DNA of 64,000 nt from Eledone cirrhosa. Taxonomy: Eukaryota. The stretch lies in contig OZ024745.1 of the NCBI GenBank assembly GCA_964016885.1, positions 620,001 to 684,000 on the forward strand. Reading direction: 5' to 3'. Below are positions 1 to 13,930 of this stretch, in pieces. Within the stretch, counting starts at the first letter, position 1. Every line of letters starts with the position of its first letter. The position numbers and the translations under genes are program-made. A model generated the notes under the pieces. It searched no databases. It saw only the letters and a program-made list of their open reading frames with translations, and was not told the DNA's origin.

Positions 1-640
1 TTTAGAATAGGTACACTGTATCCCTGTATGTCATAATACCATGTATATCTAGTATAGAATAGGTATATTGTATCCCTGTATGTTGTAATACCATATATAT
101 CTAATTTACAATAGGTACACTGTATACCTGTATGTTGTAATACCATGTATATCTAGTTTAGAATAGGTACACTGTATCCCTGTATGTTGTAATACCATAT
201 ATATCTAGTTTAGAATAGTTACACTGTATCCCTGTATGTTGTAAGACCATATATATCTAGTTTAGAATAGGTACACTGTATCCCTGTATGTTGTAATACC
301 ATATATATCTAGTTTAGAATAGGTACACTGTATCCCTGTATGTCATAAGACCATGTATATCTAGTTTAGAATAGGTACACTGTATCCCTGTATGTTGTAA
401 TACCATGTATATCTAGTTTAGAATAGGTACACTGTATCTCTGTATGTTGTAATACCATGTATATCAAGTTTAGAATAGGTACACTGTATCCCTGTATGTC
501 ATAATACCATGTATATCTAGTATAGAATAGGTATATTGTATCCCTGTATGTTGTAATACCATATATATCTAATTTACAATAGGTACACTGTATCCCTGTA
601 TGTTGTAATACCATGTATATCTAGTTTAGAATAGGTACAC
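1..640 (+). repeat. Local duplication with 9-monomer (468 bp) offset
   Basis: Rare variants AGTATAGAATAGGTATATTG at 51 and 519, and CTAATTTACA at 101 and 569. Confidence 0.8.
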
Positions 641-2229
641 TGTATCTCTGTATGTTGTAATACCATGTATATCAAGTTTAGAATAGGTACACTGTATCCC
701 TGTATATCATAATACCATGTATATCTAGTTTAGAATAGGTACACTGTATCCCTGTATGTTGTAATACCATGTATATCTAGGTTAGAATAGGTACACTGTA
801 TCCCTGTATGTCATAATACCATGTATATCTAGTTTAGAATAGGTACGCTGTATCCCTGTATGTTGTAATACCATGTATATCTAGTTTAGAATGGGTACAC
901 TGTATCCCTGTATGTTGTGATACCATGTATATCTAGTTTAGAATAGGTACACTGTATCCCTGTATGTTGTAATACCATGTATATCTAGTTTAGAATAGGT
1001 ACACTGTATCCCTGTATGTCATAATACCATGTATATCTAGTTTAGAATAGGTACACTGTATCCCTGTATGTCATAATACCATATATATCTAGTTTAGAAT
1101 AGGTACACTGTATCCCTGTATGTTGTAAGACCATGCATATCTAGTTTAGAATAGGTACACTGTATCCCTGTATGTTGTAAGACCATGTATATCTAGTTTA
1201 GAATAGGTACACTGTATCCCTCTATGTTCTAATACCATATATATCTAGTGTAGAATAGGTACACTGTATCCCTGCATGTTGTAATACCATATATATCTAG
1301 TTTAGAATAGGTACACTGTATCCCTGTATGTTGAAATACCATGTATATCTAGTTTAGAATAGGTACACGGTATCTCTGTATGTTGTAATACCATGTATAT
1401 CTAGTTTAGAATAGGTACACTGTATCCCTGTATGTTGTAATACCATGTATATCTAGTTTAGAAGAGGTACACTGTATCCCTGTATGTCACAATACCATGT
1501 ATATCTAGTTTAGAATAGGTACACTGTATCCCTGTATGTTAGAATAGGTACACTGTATTCCTGTATGTCATAATACCATGTATATCAAGTTTAAAATAGG
1601 TACACTGTATCCCTGTATGTTGTAATACCATATATATCTAGTTTAGAATAGGTACACTGTATCCCTGTATGTTGTAATACCATATATATCTAGTTTAGAA
1701 TAGGTACACTGTATCCCTGTATGTTGTAATACCATGTATATCTAGTTTAAAATAGGTACACTGTATCCCTGTATGTTGTAATACCATGTATATCTAGTTT
1801 AGAATAGGTACACTGTATCCCTGTATGTTGTAAGACCATATATATCTATTTTAGAATAGGTACACTGTATCCCTGTATGCATAATACCATGTATATCTAG
1901 TTTAGAATAGGTACACTGTATCCCTGTATGTCATAATACCATGTATATCTAGTTTAGAATAGGTACATTGTATCCCTGTATGTTGTAATACCATATATAT
2001 CTATTTTACAATAGGTACACTGTATCCCTGTATGTTGTAATACCATATATATCTAGTTTAGAATAGGCACACTGTATGCCTGTATGTTGTAATACCATGT
2101 ATATGTAGTTTAGAATAGGTACACTGTATCCCTGTATGTCATAATACCATGTATATCTATTTTAGAAGAGGTACACTGTATCCCTGTATGTCATAATACC
2201 ATGTATATCTAGTTTAGAATAGGTACACT

Positions 2230-2750
2230 GTATCCCTGTATGACATAATACGATGTATATCTAGTTTAGAATAGGTACACTGTATCCCTGTATGTTGTAA
2301 GAGCATATATATCTAGTTTAGAATAGGCACACTGTATCCCTGTATGTTGTAATACCATGTATATTTAGTTTAGAATAGGTACACTGTATCCCTGTATGTT
2401 GTAATACCATGTATATCTTGTTTAGAATAGGTACGCTGTATCCCTGTATGTTGTAATACCATATATATCTAGTTTACAATAGGTACACTGTATCCCTGTA
2501 TATTGTAATACCATGTATATATAGTTTAGAATAGATACACTGTATCCCTGTATGTTGTAATACGATGTATATCTAGGTTAGAATAGGTACACTGTATCCC
2601 TGTATGACATAATACGATGTATATCTAGTTTAGAATAGGTATACTGTATCCCTGTATGTTGTAAGAGCATATATATCTAGTTTAGAATAGGCACACTGTA
2701 TCCCTGTATGTTGTAATACCATGTATATTTAGTTTAGAATAGGTACATTG
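2230..2750 (+). repeat. Local duplication with 7-monomer (364 bp) offset
   Basis: TGACATAATACGATG at 2241 and 2605, each followed by AAGAGCAT, GGCACAC and ATATTTAG variants in the same order. Confidence 0.85.
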
Positions 2751-5359
2751 TATCCCTGTATGTTGTAATACCATATATATATAGTTTAGAATAGGTACAC
2801 TGTATCCCTGTATGTTGTAATACCATGTATATCTAGTTTAAAATAGGTACACTGTATCCCCGTATGTTGTAATACTATGTATATCTAGTTTAGAATAGGT
2901 ACACTGTATCCCTGTATGTTGTAAGACCATGTATATCTAGTTTAGAATAGGTACACTGTATCCCTGTATGTCATAATACCATGTATATCCAGTTTAGAAT
3001 AGGTACACTGTATCCCTGTATGTATATCTAGTTTAGAATAGGTATATTGTATCCCTGTATGTTGTAATACCATATATATCTAGTTTAGAATAGGTACACT
3101 GTATCCCTGTATGTTGTAAGACCATATGTATCTAGTTTAGAATAGGTACACTGTATCCCTGTATGTTGTAATACCATATATATCTAATTTAGAATAGGTA
3201 CACTGTATACCTGTATGTCATAATACCATGTATATCTAGTTTAGAATAGGTACACTGTATCCCTGGATGTCATAATACCATGTATATCTAGTTTAGAATA
3301 GGTACACTGTATCTCTGTATGTTGTAGTACCATGTATATCTAGATTAGAATAGGTACACTGTATCCCTGTATGTCATAATACCATGTATATCTAGTTTAG
3401 AAGAGGTACACTGTATCCCTGTATGTTGTAATACCATATATATCTAGTTTAGAATAGGTACACTGTATCCCTGTATGTTGTAAGACCATGTATATCTAGT
3501 TTAGAATAGGTACACTGTATCCCTGTATGTTGAAATACCATGTATATCTAGTTTAGGATAGGTACACTGTATCTCTGTATGTTGTAATACCATGTATATC
3601 AAGTTTAGAATAGGTACACTGTATCCCTGTATGTCATAATACCATGTATATCTAGTTTAAAATAGGTACACTGTATCTCTGTATGTTGTAATACCAAGTA
3701 TATATAGTTTAGAATAGGTACACTGTATCCCTGTATGTTGTGATACCATTGTATATCTAGTTTAGAATAGGTACACTGTATCCCTGTATGTTGTAATACC
3801 ATGTATATCTAGTTTAGAATAGGTACACTGTATCCCTGTATGTTGTGATACCATGTATATCTAGTTTAGAATAGGTACACAGTATCCCTGTATGTTGTAA
3901 TACCATGTATATCTAGTTTGGAATAAGTACACTGTATCTCTGTATATTGTAAGACAATATATATCTAGTTTAGAAGAGGTACACTATATCCCTGTATGTC
4001 ATAATACCATGTATATCAAGTTTAAAATAGGTACACTGTATCCATGTATGTTGTAATACCATATATATCTAGTTTAGAATAGGTACACTGTATCCCTGTA
4101 TGTTGTAATACCATATATATCTAGTTTAGAATAGGTACACTGTATCCCTGTATGTTGTAATACCATGTATATCTAGTTTAAAATAGGTACACTGTATCCC
4201 TGTATGTTGTAATACCATGTATATCTAGTTTAAAATAGGTACACTGTATCCCTGTGTGTTGTAATACCATGTATATCTAGTTTAGAATAGGTACACTGTA
4301 TCCCTGTATGTTGTAAGACCATGTATATCTAGTTTAGAATAGGTACACTGTATCACTGTATGTCATAATACCATGTATATTTAGTTTAGAATAGGTACAC
4401 TGTATCCCTGTATGTCATAATACCATGTATATCTAGATTAGAATAGGTACATTGTATCCCTGTATGTTGTAATACCATATATATCTAGTTTACAATAGGT
4501 ACACTGTATCCCTGTATGTTGTAATACCATGTATATCTAGTTTATAATAGGTACACTGTATTCCTGTATGTCATAATACCATGTATATCAAGTTTAAAAT
4601 AGGTACACTGTATCCCTGTATGTTGTAATACCATATATATCTAGTTTAGAATAAGTACACTGTATCCCTGTATGTTGTAATACCATGTATATCTAGTTTA
4701 AAATAGGTACACTGTATCCCTGTATGTTGTAATACCATGTATATCTAGTTTAGAATATGTACACTGTATCTCTGTATGTTGTAAGACCATGTATATCTAG
4801 TTTAGAAAAGGTACACTGTATCCCTGTATGTTGTAATACCATATATATCTAGTTTACAATAGGTACACTGTATCCCTGCATATTGTAATACCATGTATAT
4901 CTAGTTTAGAATAGGTACACTGTATCCCTGTATGTTGTAATACCATATATATCTAGTTTAGAATAGGTATATTGTATCCCTGTATGTTGTAATACCATAT
5001 ATATCTAGTTTACAATAGGTACACTGTATCCCTGTATGCTGTAATACCATGTATATCTAGTTTAGAATAGGTACACTGTATCCCTGTATGTTGTAATACC
5101 ATATATATCTAGTTTACAATAGGTACACTGTATCCCTGTATGTTGTAATACCATGTATATCTAGTTTAGAATAGGTACACTGTATCCCTGTATGTTGTAA
5201 TACCATATATATCTAGTTTAGAATAGGTACACTGTATCCCTGTATGTTGTAAGACCATATATATCTAGTCTAGAATAGGTACACTGTATCCCTGTATGTT
5301 GTAATACCATATATATCTAGTTTAGAATAGGTACACTGTATCCTTGTATGTCATAATAC

Positions 5360-8280
5360 CATGTATATCTAGTTTAGAATAGGTACACTGTATCCCTGTA
5401 TGTCATAATACCATGCATATTTAGTTTAGAATAGGTACACTGTATCCCTGTATGTTGTAATACCATATATATCTAGTTTAGAATAGGTACACTGTATTCC
5501 TGTATGTCATAATACCATGTATATCAAGTTTAAAATAGGTACACTGTATCCCTGTATGTTGTAATACCATATATATCTAGTTTACAATAGGTACACTGTA
5601 TCCCTGTATGCTGTAATACCATGTATATCTAGTTTAGAATAGGTACACTGTATCCCTGTATGTTGTAATACCATATATATCTAGTTTACAATAGGTACAC
5701 TGTATCCCTGTATGTTGTAATACCATGTATATCTAGTTTACAATAGGTACACTGTATCCCTGTATGTTGTAATACCATGTATATCTAGATTAGAATAGGT
5801 ACACTGTATTCCTGTATGTCATAATACCATGTATATCAAGTTTAAAATAGGTACACTGTATCCCTGTATGTTGTAATACCATATATATCTAGTTTAGAAT
5901 GAGTACACTGTATCCCTGTATGCTGTAATACCATGTATATCTAGTTTAATATAGGTACACTGTATCCCTGTATGTTGTAATACCATGTATATCTAGTTTA
6001 GAATAGGTACACTGTATCCCTGTATGTTGTAAGAGCATATATATCTAGTTTAGAATAGGTACACTGTATCCCTGTATGTTGTAAGACCATGTATATCTAG
6101 TTTAGAATAGGTACACTGTATCCCTGTATGTTGTAAGACCATGTATATCTAGTTTAGAAAAGGTACACTGTATCCCTGTATGTTGTAATACCATGTATAT
6201 CTAGTTTAGAATAGGTACACTGTATCTCTGTATGTTGTAAGACCATGTATATCTAGTTTAGAAAAGGTACACTGTATCCCTGTATGTTGTAATACCATAT
6301 ATATCTAGTTTAGAATAGGTATATTGTATCCCTGTATGTTGTAATACCATATATATCTAGTTTAGAATAGGTACACTGTATCCCTGTATGTCATAATACC
6401 ATGTATATCTAGTTTAGAATAGGTACACTGTATCCCTGTATGTCATAATACCATGTATATCTAGTTTAGAATATGTACACTGTATCCCTGTATGTTGTAA
6501 TACCATGTATATCTAGTTTAGAATAGGTACGCTGTATCTCTTTTTGTTGTAATACCATGTATATCTAGATTAGAATAGGTACACTGTATCCCTGTATGTT
6601 GTAATACCATGTATATCTAATTTAGAAGAGGTACACTGTATCCCTGTATATTGTAATAACATATATATCTAGTTTAGAATAGGTACACTGTATCCATGTA
6701 TGTTGTAATACCATATATATCTAGTTTAGAATAGGTACACTGTATCCCTGTATGTTGTAATACCATGTATATCTAGTTTAAAATAGGTACACTGTATCCC
6801 TGTATGTTGTAATACCATGTATATCTAGTTTAGAATAGGTACACTGTATCCCTGTATGTCATAATACCATGCATATTTAGTTTAGAATAGGTACACTGTA
6901 TCCCTGTATGTTGTAATACCATATATATCTAGTTTAGAATAGGTACACTGTATTCCTGTATGTCATAATACCATGTATATCAAGTTTAAAATAGGTACAC
7001 TGTATCCCTGTATGTTGTAATACCATATATATCTAGTTTACAATAGGTACACTGTATCCCTGTATGCTGTAATACCATGTATATCTAGTTTAGAATAGGT
7101 ACACTGTATCCCTGTATGTTGTAATACCATATATATCTAGTTTACAATAGGTACACTGTATCCCTGTATGTTGTAATACCATGTATATCTAGTTTACAAT
7201 AGGTACACTGTATCCCTGTATGTTGTAATACCATGTATATCTAGATTAGAATAGGTACACTGTATTCCTGTATGTCATAATACCATGTATATCAAGTTTA
7301 AAATAGGTACACTGTATCCCTGTATGTTGTAATACCATATATATCTAGTTTAGAATGAGTACACTGTATCCCTGTATGCTGTAATACCATGTATATCTAG
7401 TTTAATATAGGTACACTGTATCCCTGTATGTTGTAATACCATGTATATCTAGTTTAGAATAGGTACACTGTATCCCTGTATGTTGTAAGAGCATATATAT
7501 CTAGTTTAGAATAGGTACACTGTATCCCTGTATGTTGTAAGACCATGTATATCTAGTTTAGAATAGGTACACTGTATCCCTGTATGTTGTAAGACCATGT
7601 ATATCTAGTTTAGAAAAGGTACACTGTATCCCTGTATGTTGTAATACCATGTATATCTAGTTTAGAATAGGTACACTGTATCTCTGTATGTTGTAAGACC
7701 ATGTATATCTAGTTTAGAAAAGGTACACTGTATCCCTGTATGTTGTAATACCATATATATCTAGTTTAGAATAGGTATATTGTATCCCTGTATGTTGTAA
7801 TACCATATATATCTAGTTTAGAATAGGTACACTGTATCCCTGTATGTCATAATACCATGTATATCTAGTTTAGAATAGGTACACTGTATCCCTGTATGTC
7901 ATAATACCATGTATATCTAGTTTAGAATATGTACACTGTATCCCTGTATGTTGTAATACCATGTATATCTAGTTTAGAATAGGTACGCTGTATCTCTTTT
8001 TGTTGTAATACCATGTATATCTAGATTAGAATAGGTACACTGTATCCCTGTATGTTGTAATACCATGTATATCTAATTTAGAAGAGGTACACTGTATCCC
8101 TGTATATTGTAATAACATATATATCTAGTTTAGAATAGGTACACTGTATCCATGTATGTTGTAATACCATATATATCTAGTTTAGAATAGGTACACTGTA
8201 TCCCTGTATGTTGTAATACCATGTATATCTAGTTTAAAATAGGTACACTGTATCCCTGTATGTTGTAATACCATGTATAT
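5360..8280 (+). repeat. Tandem duplication of a 28-monomer block (1,456 bp x2)
   Basis: CCATGCATATTTAG 5411/6867, GAGTACAC 5901/7357, GCTGTATCTCTTTTTG 6531/7987, TTGTAATAAC 6651/8107; all offsets are 1,456. Confidence 0.93.
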
Positions 8281-9004
8281 CTAGTTTAAAATAGGTACAC
8301 TGTATCCCTGTATGTTGTAATACCATGTATATCTAGTTTAAAATAGGTACACTGTATCCCTGTATGTTGTAATACCATGTATATCTAGTTGAAAATAGGT
8401 ACACTGTATCTCTGTATGTTGTAATACCATGTATATCTAGTTTAGAATAGGTACACTGTATCCCTGTATGTTGTAATACCATATATATCTAGTTTAGAAT
8501 AGGTACACTGTATCCCTGTATGTTGTAATACCATGTATATCTAGTTTAGAATAGGTACACTGTATCCCTGTATGTTGTAATACCATATACATCTAGTTTA
8601 CAATAGGTACACTGTATCCCTGTATGTTGTAAGACCATGTATATCTAGTTTAGAAGAGGTACACTGTATCCCTGTATGTCACAATACCATGTATATCTAG
8701 TTTAGAATAGGTACACTGTATCCCTGTATGTTGTAATACCATGTATATCTAGTTTAGAATAGGTACGCTGTATTCCTGTATGTCATAATACCATGTATAT
8801 CAAGTTTAAAATAGGTACACTGTATCCCTGTATGTTGTAATACCATATATATCTAGTTTAGAATAGGTACACTGTATCCCTGTATGTTGTAATACCATAT
8901 ATATCTAGTTTAGAATAGGTACACTGTATCCCTGTATGTTGTAATACCATGTATATCTAGTTTAAAATAGGTACACTGTATCCCTGTATGTTGTAATACG
9001 ATGT

Positions 9005-12000
9005 ATATCTAGTTTAGAATATGTACACTGTATCCCTGTATGTTGTGATACCAAGTATATCTAGTTTAGAATAGGTACACTGTATCCCTGTATGTTGTAA
9101 TACCATGTATATCTAGTTTAGAATAGGTACACTGTATCCCTGTATGTTGTGATACCATGTATATCTAGTTTAGAATAGGTACACTGTATCGCTGTATGTC
9201 ATAAGACCATATATATCTAGATTACAATAGGTACACTGTATCCCTGTATGTCATAATACCATGTACATCTAGTTTAGAATAGGTACACTGTATCCCTGTA
9301 TGTTGTAAGACCATATATATCTCGTTTAGAATAGGTACACTGTATCCCTGTATGTTGTAATACCATATACATCTAGTTTACAATAGGTACACTGTATCCC
9401 TGTATGTTGTAATACCATGTATATCTAGTTTAGAATAGGTACACTGTATCCCTGTATGTCATAATACTATGTATATCTAGTTTAGAATAGGTACATTGTA
9501 TCCCTGTATGTTGTAATACAATATATATCTAGTTTACAATAGGTTCACTGTATCCCTGTATGTCATAATACCATGTATATCTAGTTTAGAATAGGTACAC
9601 TGTATTCCTGTATGTTGTAATACCATGTATATCAAGTTTACAATACGTACACTGTATCCCTGTATGTTGTAATACCATATATATCAAGTTTAGAATATGT
9701 ATACTGTATCCCTGTATGTCATAATACCATGTATATCCAGTTTAAAATAGGTACACTCTATCCCTGTATGTTGTAATACCATGTATATCTAGTTTAGAAT
9801 AGGTACACTGTATCCATGTATGTCATAAGACCATATATATCTAGATTACAATAGGTACACTGTATCCCTGTATGTCATAATACCATGTACATCTAGTTTA
9901 GAATAGGTACACTGTATCCCTGTATGTTGTAAGAGCATATATATCTAGTTTAGAATAGGTACACTGTATCCCTGTATGTTGTAATACCATATATATCTAG
10001 TTTACAATAGGTACACTGTATCCCTGTATGTTGTAATACCATGTATATCTAGTTTAGAATAGGTACACTGTATCCCTGTATGTCATAATACTATGTATAT
10101 CTAGTTTAGAATAGGTACATTGTATCCCTGTATGTTGTAATACAATATATATCTAGTTTACAATAGGTACACTGTATCCCTGTATGTCATAATACCATGT
10201 ATATCTAGTTTAGAATAGGTACACTGTATTCCTGTATGTTGTAATACCATGTATATCAAGTTTACGATAGGTACACTGCATCCCTGTATGTTGTAATACC
10301 ATATATATCTAGTTTAGAATAGGTATACTGTATCCCTGTATGTTGTAATACCATGTATATCTAGTTTAAAATAGGTACACTGTATCCCTGTATGTCGTAA
10401 TACCATGTATATCTAGTTTAGAATAGGTACACTGTATCTCTGTATGTTGTAAGACCATGTATATCTAGTTTAGAATAGGTACACTGTATCCCTGTATGTT
10501 GTAATACCATATATATCTAGTTTACAATAGGTACACTGTATCCCTGTATATTGTAATACCATGTATATCTAGTTTACAATAGGTACACTGTATCCCTGTA
10601 TGTCATAATACCATGTATATCTAGTTTAGAATAGGTACACTGTATCCCTGTATGTCATAATACTATGTATATCTAGTTTAGAATAGGTACATTGTATCCC
10701 TGTATGTTGTAATACAATATACTTCTAGTTTACAATAGGTACACTGTATCCCTGTATGTCATAATACCATGTATATCTAGTTTAGAATATGTACACTGTA
10801 TTCCTGTATGTCATAATACCATGTATATCAAGTTTACAATAGGTACACTGTATCCCTGTATGTTGTAATACCATATATATCTAGTTTAGAATAGGTACAC
10901 TGTATCCCTGTATGTTGTAATACCATGTATATCTAGTTTAAAATAGGTACATTGTATCCCTGTATGTTGTAATACCATGTATATCTAGTTTAGAATAGGT
11001 ACACTGTATCCCTGTATGTCATAATACCATGTATATCTAGTTTAGAATAGGTACACTGTATCCCTGTATGTTGTAATACCATGTATATCTAGTTTAAAAT
11101 AGGTACACTGTATCCCTGTATGTCATAATACCATATATATCTAGTTTAGAATAGGTACACTGTATCCCTGTATGTAATAATACAATGTATATCTAGTTTA
11201 AAATAGGTACACTGTATCCCTATATGTCATAATACCATATATATCTAGTTTAGAATAGGTACACTGCATCCCTGTATGTTGTAAGACCATGTATATCTAG
11301 TTTAGAATAGGTACACTGTATCTCTGTATTATGTAATACCATGTATATCAAGTTTAGAATAGGTACACTGTATCCCTGTATGTCATAATATCATGTATAT
11401 CTAGTTTAGAATAGGTACACTGTATCTCTGTATGTTGTAATACCATGTATATCTAGTTTAGAATATGTACACTGTATCCCTGTATGTTGTGATACCATGT
11501 ATATCTAGTTTAGAATAGGTACACTCCATCCCTGTATGTTGTAAGACCATGTATATCTAGTTTAGAATAGGTACACTGCATCCCTGTATGTTGTAAGACC
11601 ATGTATATCTAGTTTAGAATAGGTACACTGTATCCCTGTATGTTGAAATACCATGTATATCAAGTTTAGAATAGGTACACTGTATCCCTGTATGTCATAA
11701 TATCATGTATATCTAGTTTAGAATAGGTACACTGTATCTCTGTATGTTGTAATACCATGTATATCTAGTTTAGAATATGTACACTGTATCCCTGTATGTT
11801 GTGATACCAAGTATATCTAGTTTAGAATAGGTACACTGTATCCCTGTATGTTGTAATACCATGTATATCTAGTTTAGAATAGGTACACTGTATCCCTGTA
11901 TGTTGTGATACCATGTATATCTAGTTTAGAATAGGTACACTGTATCGCTGTATGTCATAAGACCATATATATCTAGATTACAATAGGTACACTGTATCCC

Positions 12001-13930
12001 TGTATGTCATAATACCATGTACATCTAGTTTAGAATAGGTACACTGTATCCCTGTATGTTGTAAGACCATATATATCTCGTTTAGAATAGGTACACTGTA
12101 TCCCTGTATGTTGTAATACCATATACATCTAGTTTACAATAGGTACACTGTATCCCTGTATGTTGTAATACCATGTATATCTAGTTTAGAATAGGTACAC
12201 TGTATCCCTGTATGTCATAATACTATGTATATCTAGTTTAGAATAGGTACATTGTATCCCTGTATGTTGTAATACAATATATATCTAGTTTACAATAGGT
12301 TCACTGTATCCCTGTATGTCATAATACCATGTATATCTAGTTTAGAATAGGTACACTGTATTCCTGTATGTTGTAATACCATGTATATCAAGTTTACAAT
12401 ACGTACACTGTATCCCTGTATGTTGTAATACCATATATATCAAGTTTAGAATATGTATACTGTATCCCTGTATGTCATAATACCATGTATATCCAGTTTA
12501 AAATAGGTACACTCTATCCCTGTATGTTGTAATACCATGTATATCTAGTTTAGAATAGGTACACTGTATCCATGTATGTCATAAGACCATATATATCTAG
12601 ATTACAATAGGTACACTGTATCCCTGTATGTCATAATACCATGTACATCTAGTTTAGAATAGGTACACTGTATCCCTGTATGTTGTAAGAGCATATATAT
12701 CTAGTTTAGAATAGGTACACTGTATCCCTGTATGTTGTAATACCATATATATCTAGTTTACAATAGGTACACTGTATCCCTGTATGTTGTAATACCATGT
12801 ATATCTAATTTAGAATAGGTACACTGTATCCCTGTATGTCATAATACTATGTATATCTAGTTTAGAATAGGTACATTGTATCCCTGTATGTTGTAATACA
12901 ATATATATCTAGTTTACAATAGGTACACTGTATCCCTGTATGTCATAATACCATGTATATCTAGTTTAGAATAGGTACACTGTATTCCTGTATGTTGTAA
13001 TACCATGTATATCAAGTTTACGATAGGTACACTGCATCCCTGTATGTTGTAATACCATATATATCTAGTTTAGAATAGGTATACTGTATCCCTGTATGTT
13101 GTAATACCATGTATATCTAGTTTAAAATAGGTACACTGTATCCCTGTATGTCGTAATACCATGTATATCTAGTTTAGAATAGGTACACTGTATTTCTGTA
13201 TGTTGTAAGACCATGTATATCTAGTTTAGAATAGGTACACTGTATCCCTGTATGTTGTAATACCATATATATCTAGTTTACAATAGGTACACTGTATCCC
13301 TGTATATTGTAATACCATGTATATCTAGTTTACAATAGGTACACTGTATCCCTGTATGTCATAATACCATGTATATCTAGTTTAGAATAGGTACACTGTA
13401 TCCCTGTATGTCATAATACTATGTATATCTAGTTTAGAATAGGTACATTGTATCCCTGTATGTTGTAATACAATATATATCTAGTTTACAATAGGTACAC
13501 TGTATCCCTGTATGTCATAATACCATGTATATCTAGTTTAGAATATGTACACTGTATTCCTGTATGTCATAATACCATGTATATCAAGTTTACAATAGGT
13601 ACACTGTATCCCTGTATGTTGTAATACCATATATATCTAGTTTAGAATAGGTACACTGTATCCCTGTATGTTGTAATACCATGTATATCTAGTTTAAAAT
13701 AGGTACATTGTATCCCTGTATGTTGTAATACCATGTATATCTAGTTTAGAATAGGTACACTGTATCCCTGTATGTCATAATACCATGTATATCTAGTTTA
13801 GAATAGGTACACTGTATCCCTGTATGTTGTAATACCATGTATATCTAGTTTAAAATAGGTACACTGTATCCCTGTATGTCATAATACCATATATATCTAG
13901 TTTAGAATAGGTACACTGTATCCCTGTATG
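9005..13930 (+). repeat. Tandem duplication with 53-monomer period (2,756 bp), second copy partial
   Basis: CCAAGT 9051/11807, CTCGTTTAG 9321/12077, CAATACGTAC 9641/12397, TTTACGATAG 10261/13017; offsets are 2,756. A few substitutions separate the copies. Confidence 0.92.

Noticed and set aside
10-24. Steroid hormone response element (GGTACAnnnTGTTCT)
   Set aside because: The GGTACA half-site is present, but the dyad spacer is 1 bp rather than 3 and the second half does not match.
366-614. 82-aa minus-strand ORF (MVLQHTGIQCTY...)
   Set aside because: It is the translation of about five satellite monomers cycling through three frames, opened by chance substitutions at stop codons. The same peptide pieces recur everywhere in the array and no domain is recognisable.
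3605-3802. 65-aa minus-strand ORF
   Set aside because: Same repeat translation, opened by a 1-bp insertion and point variants.
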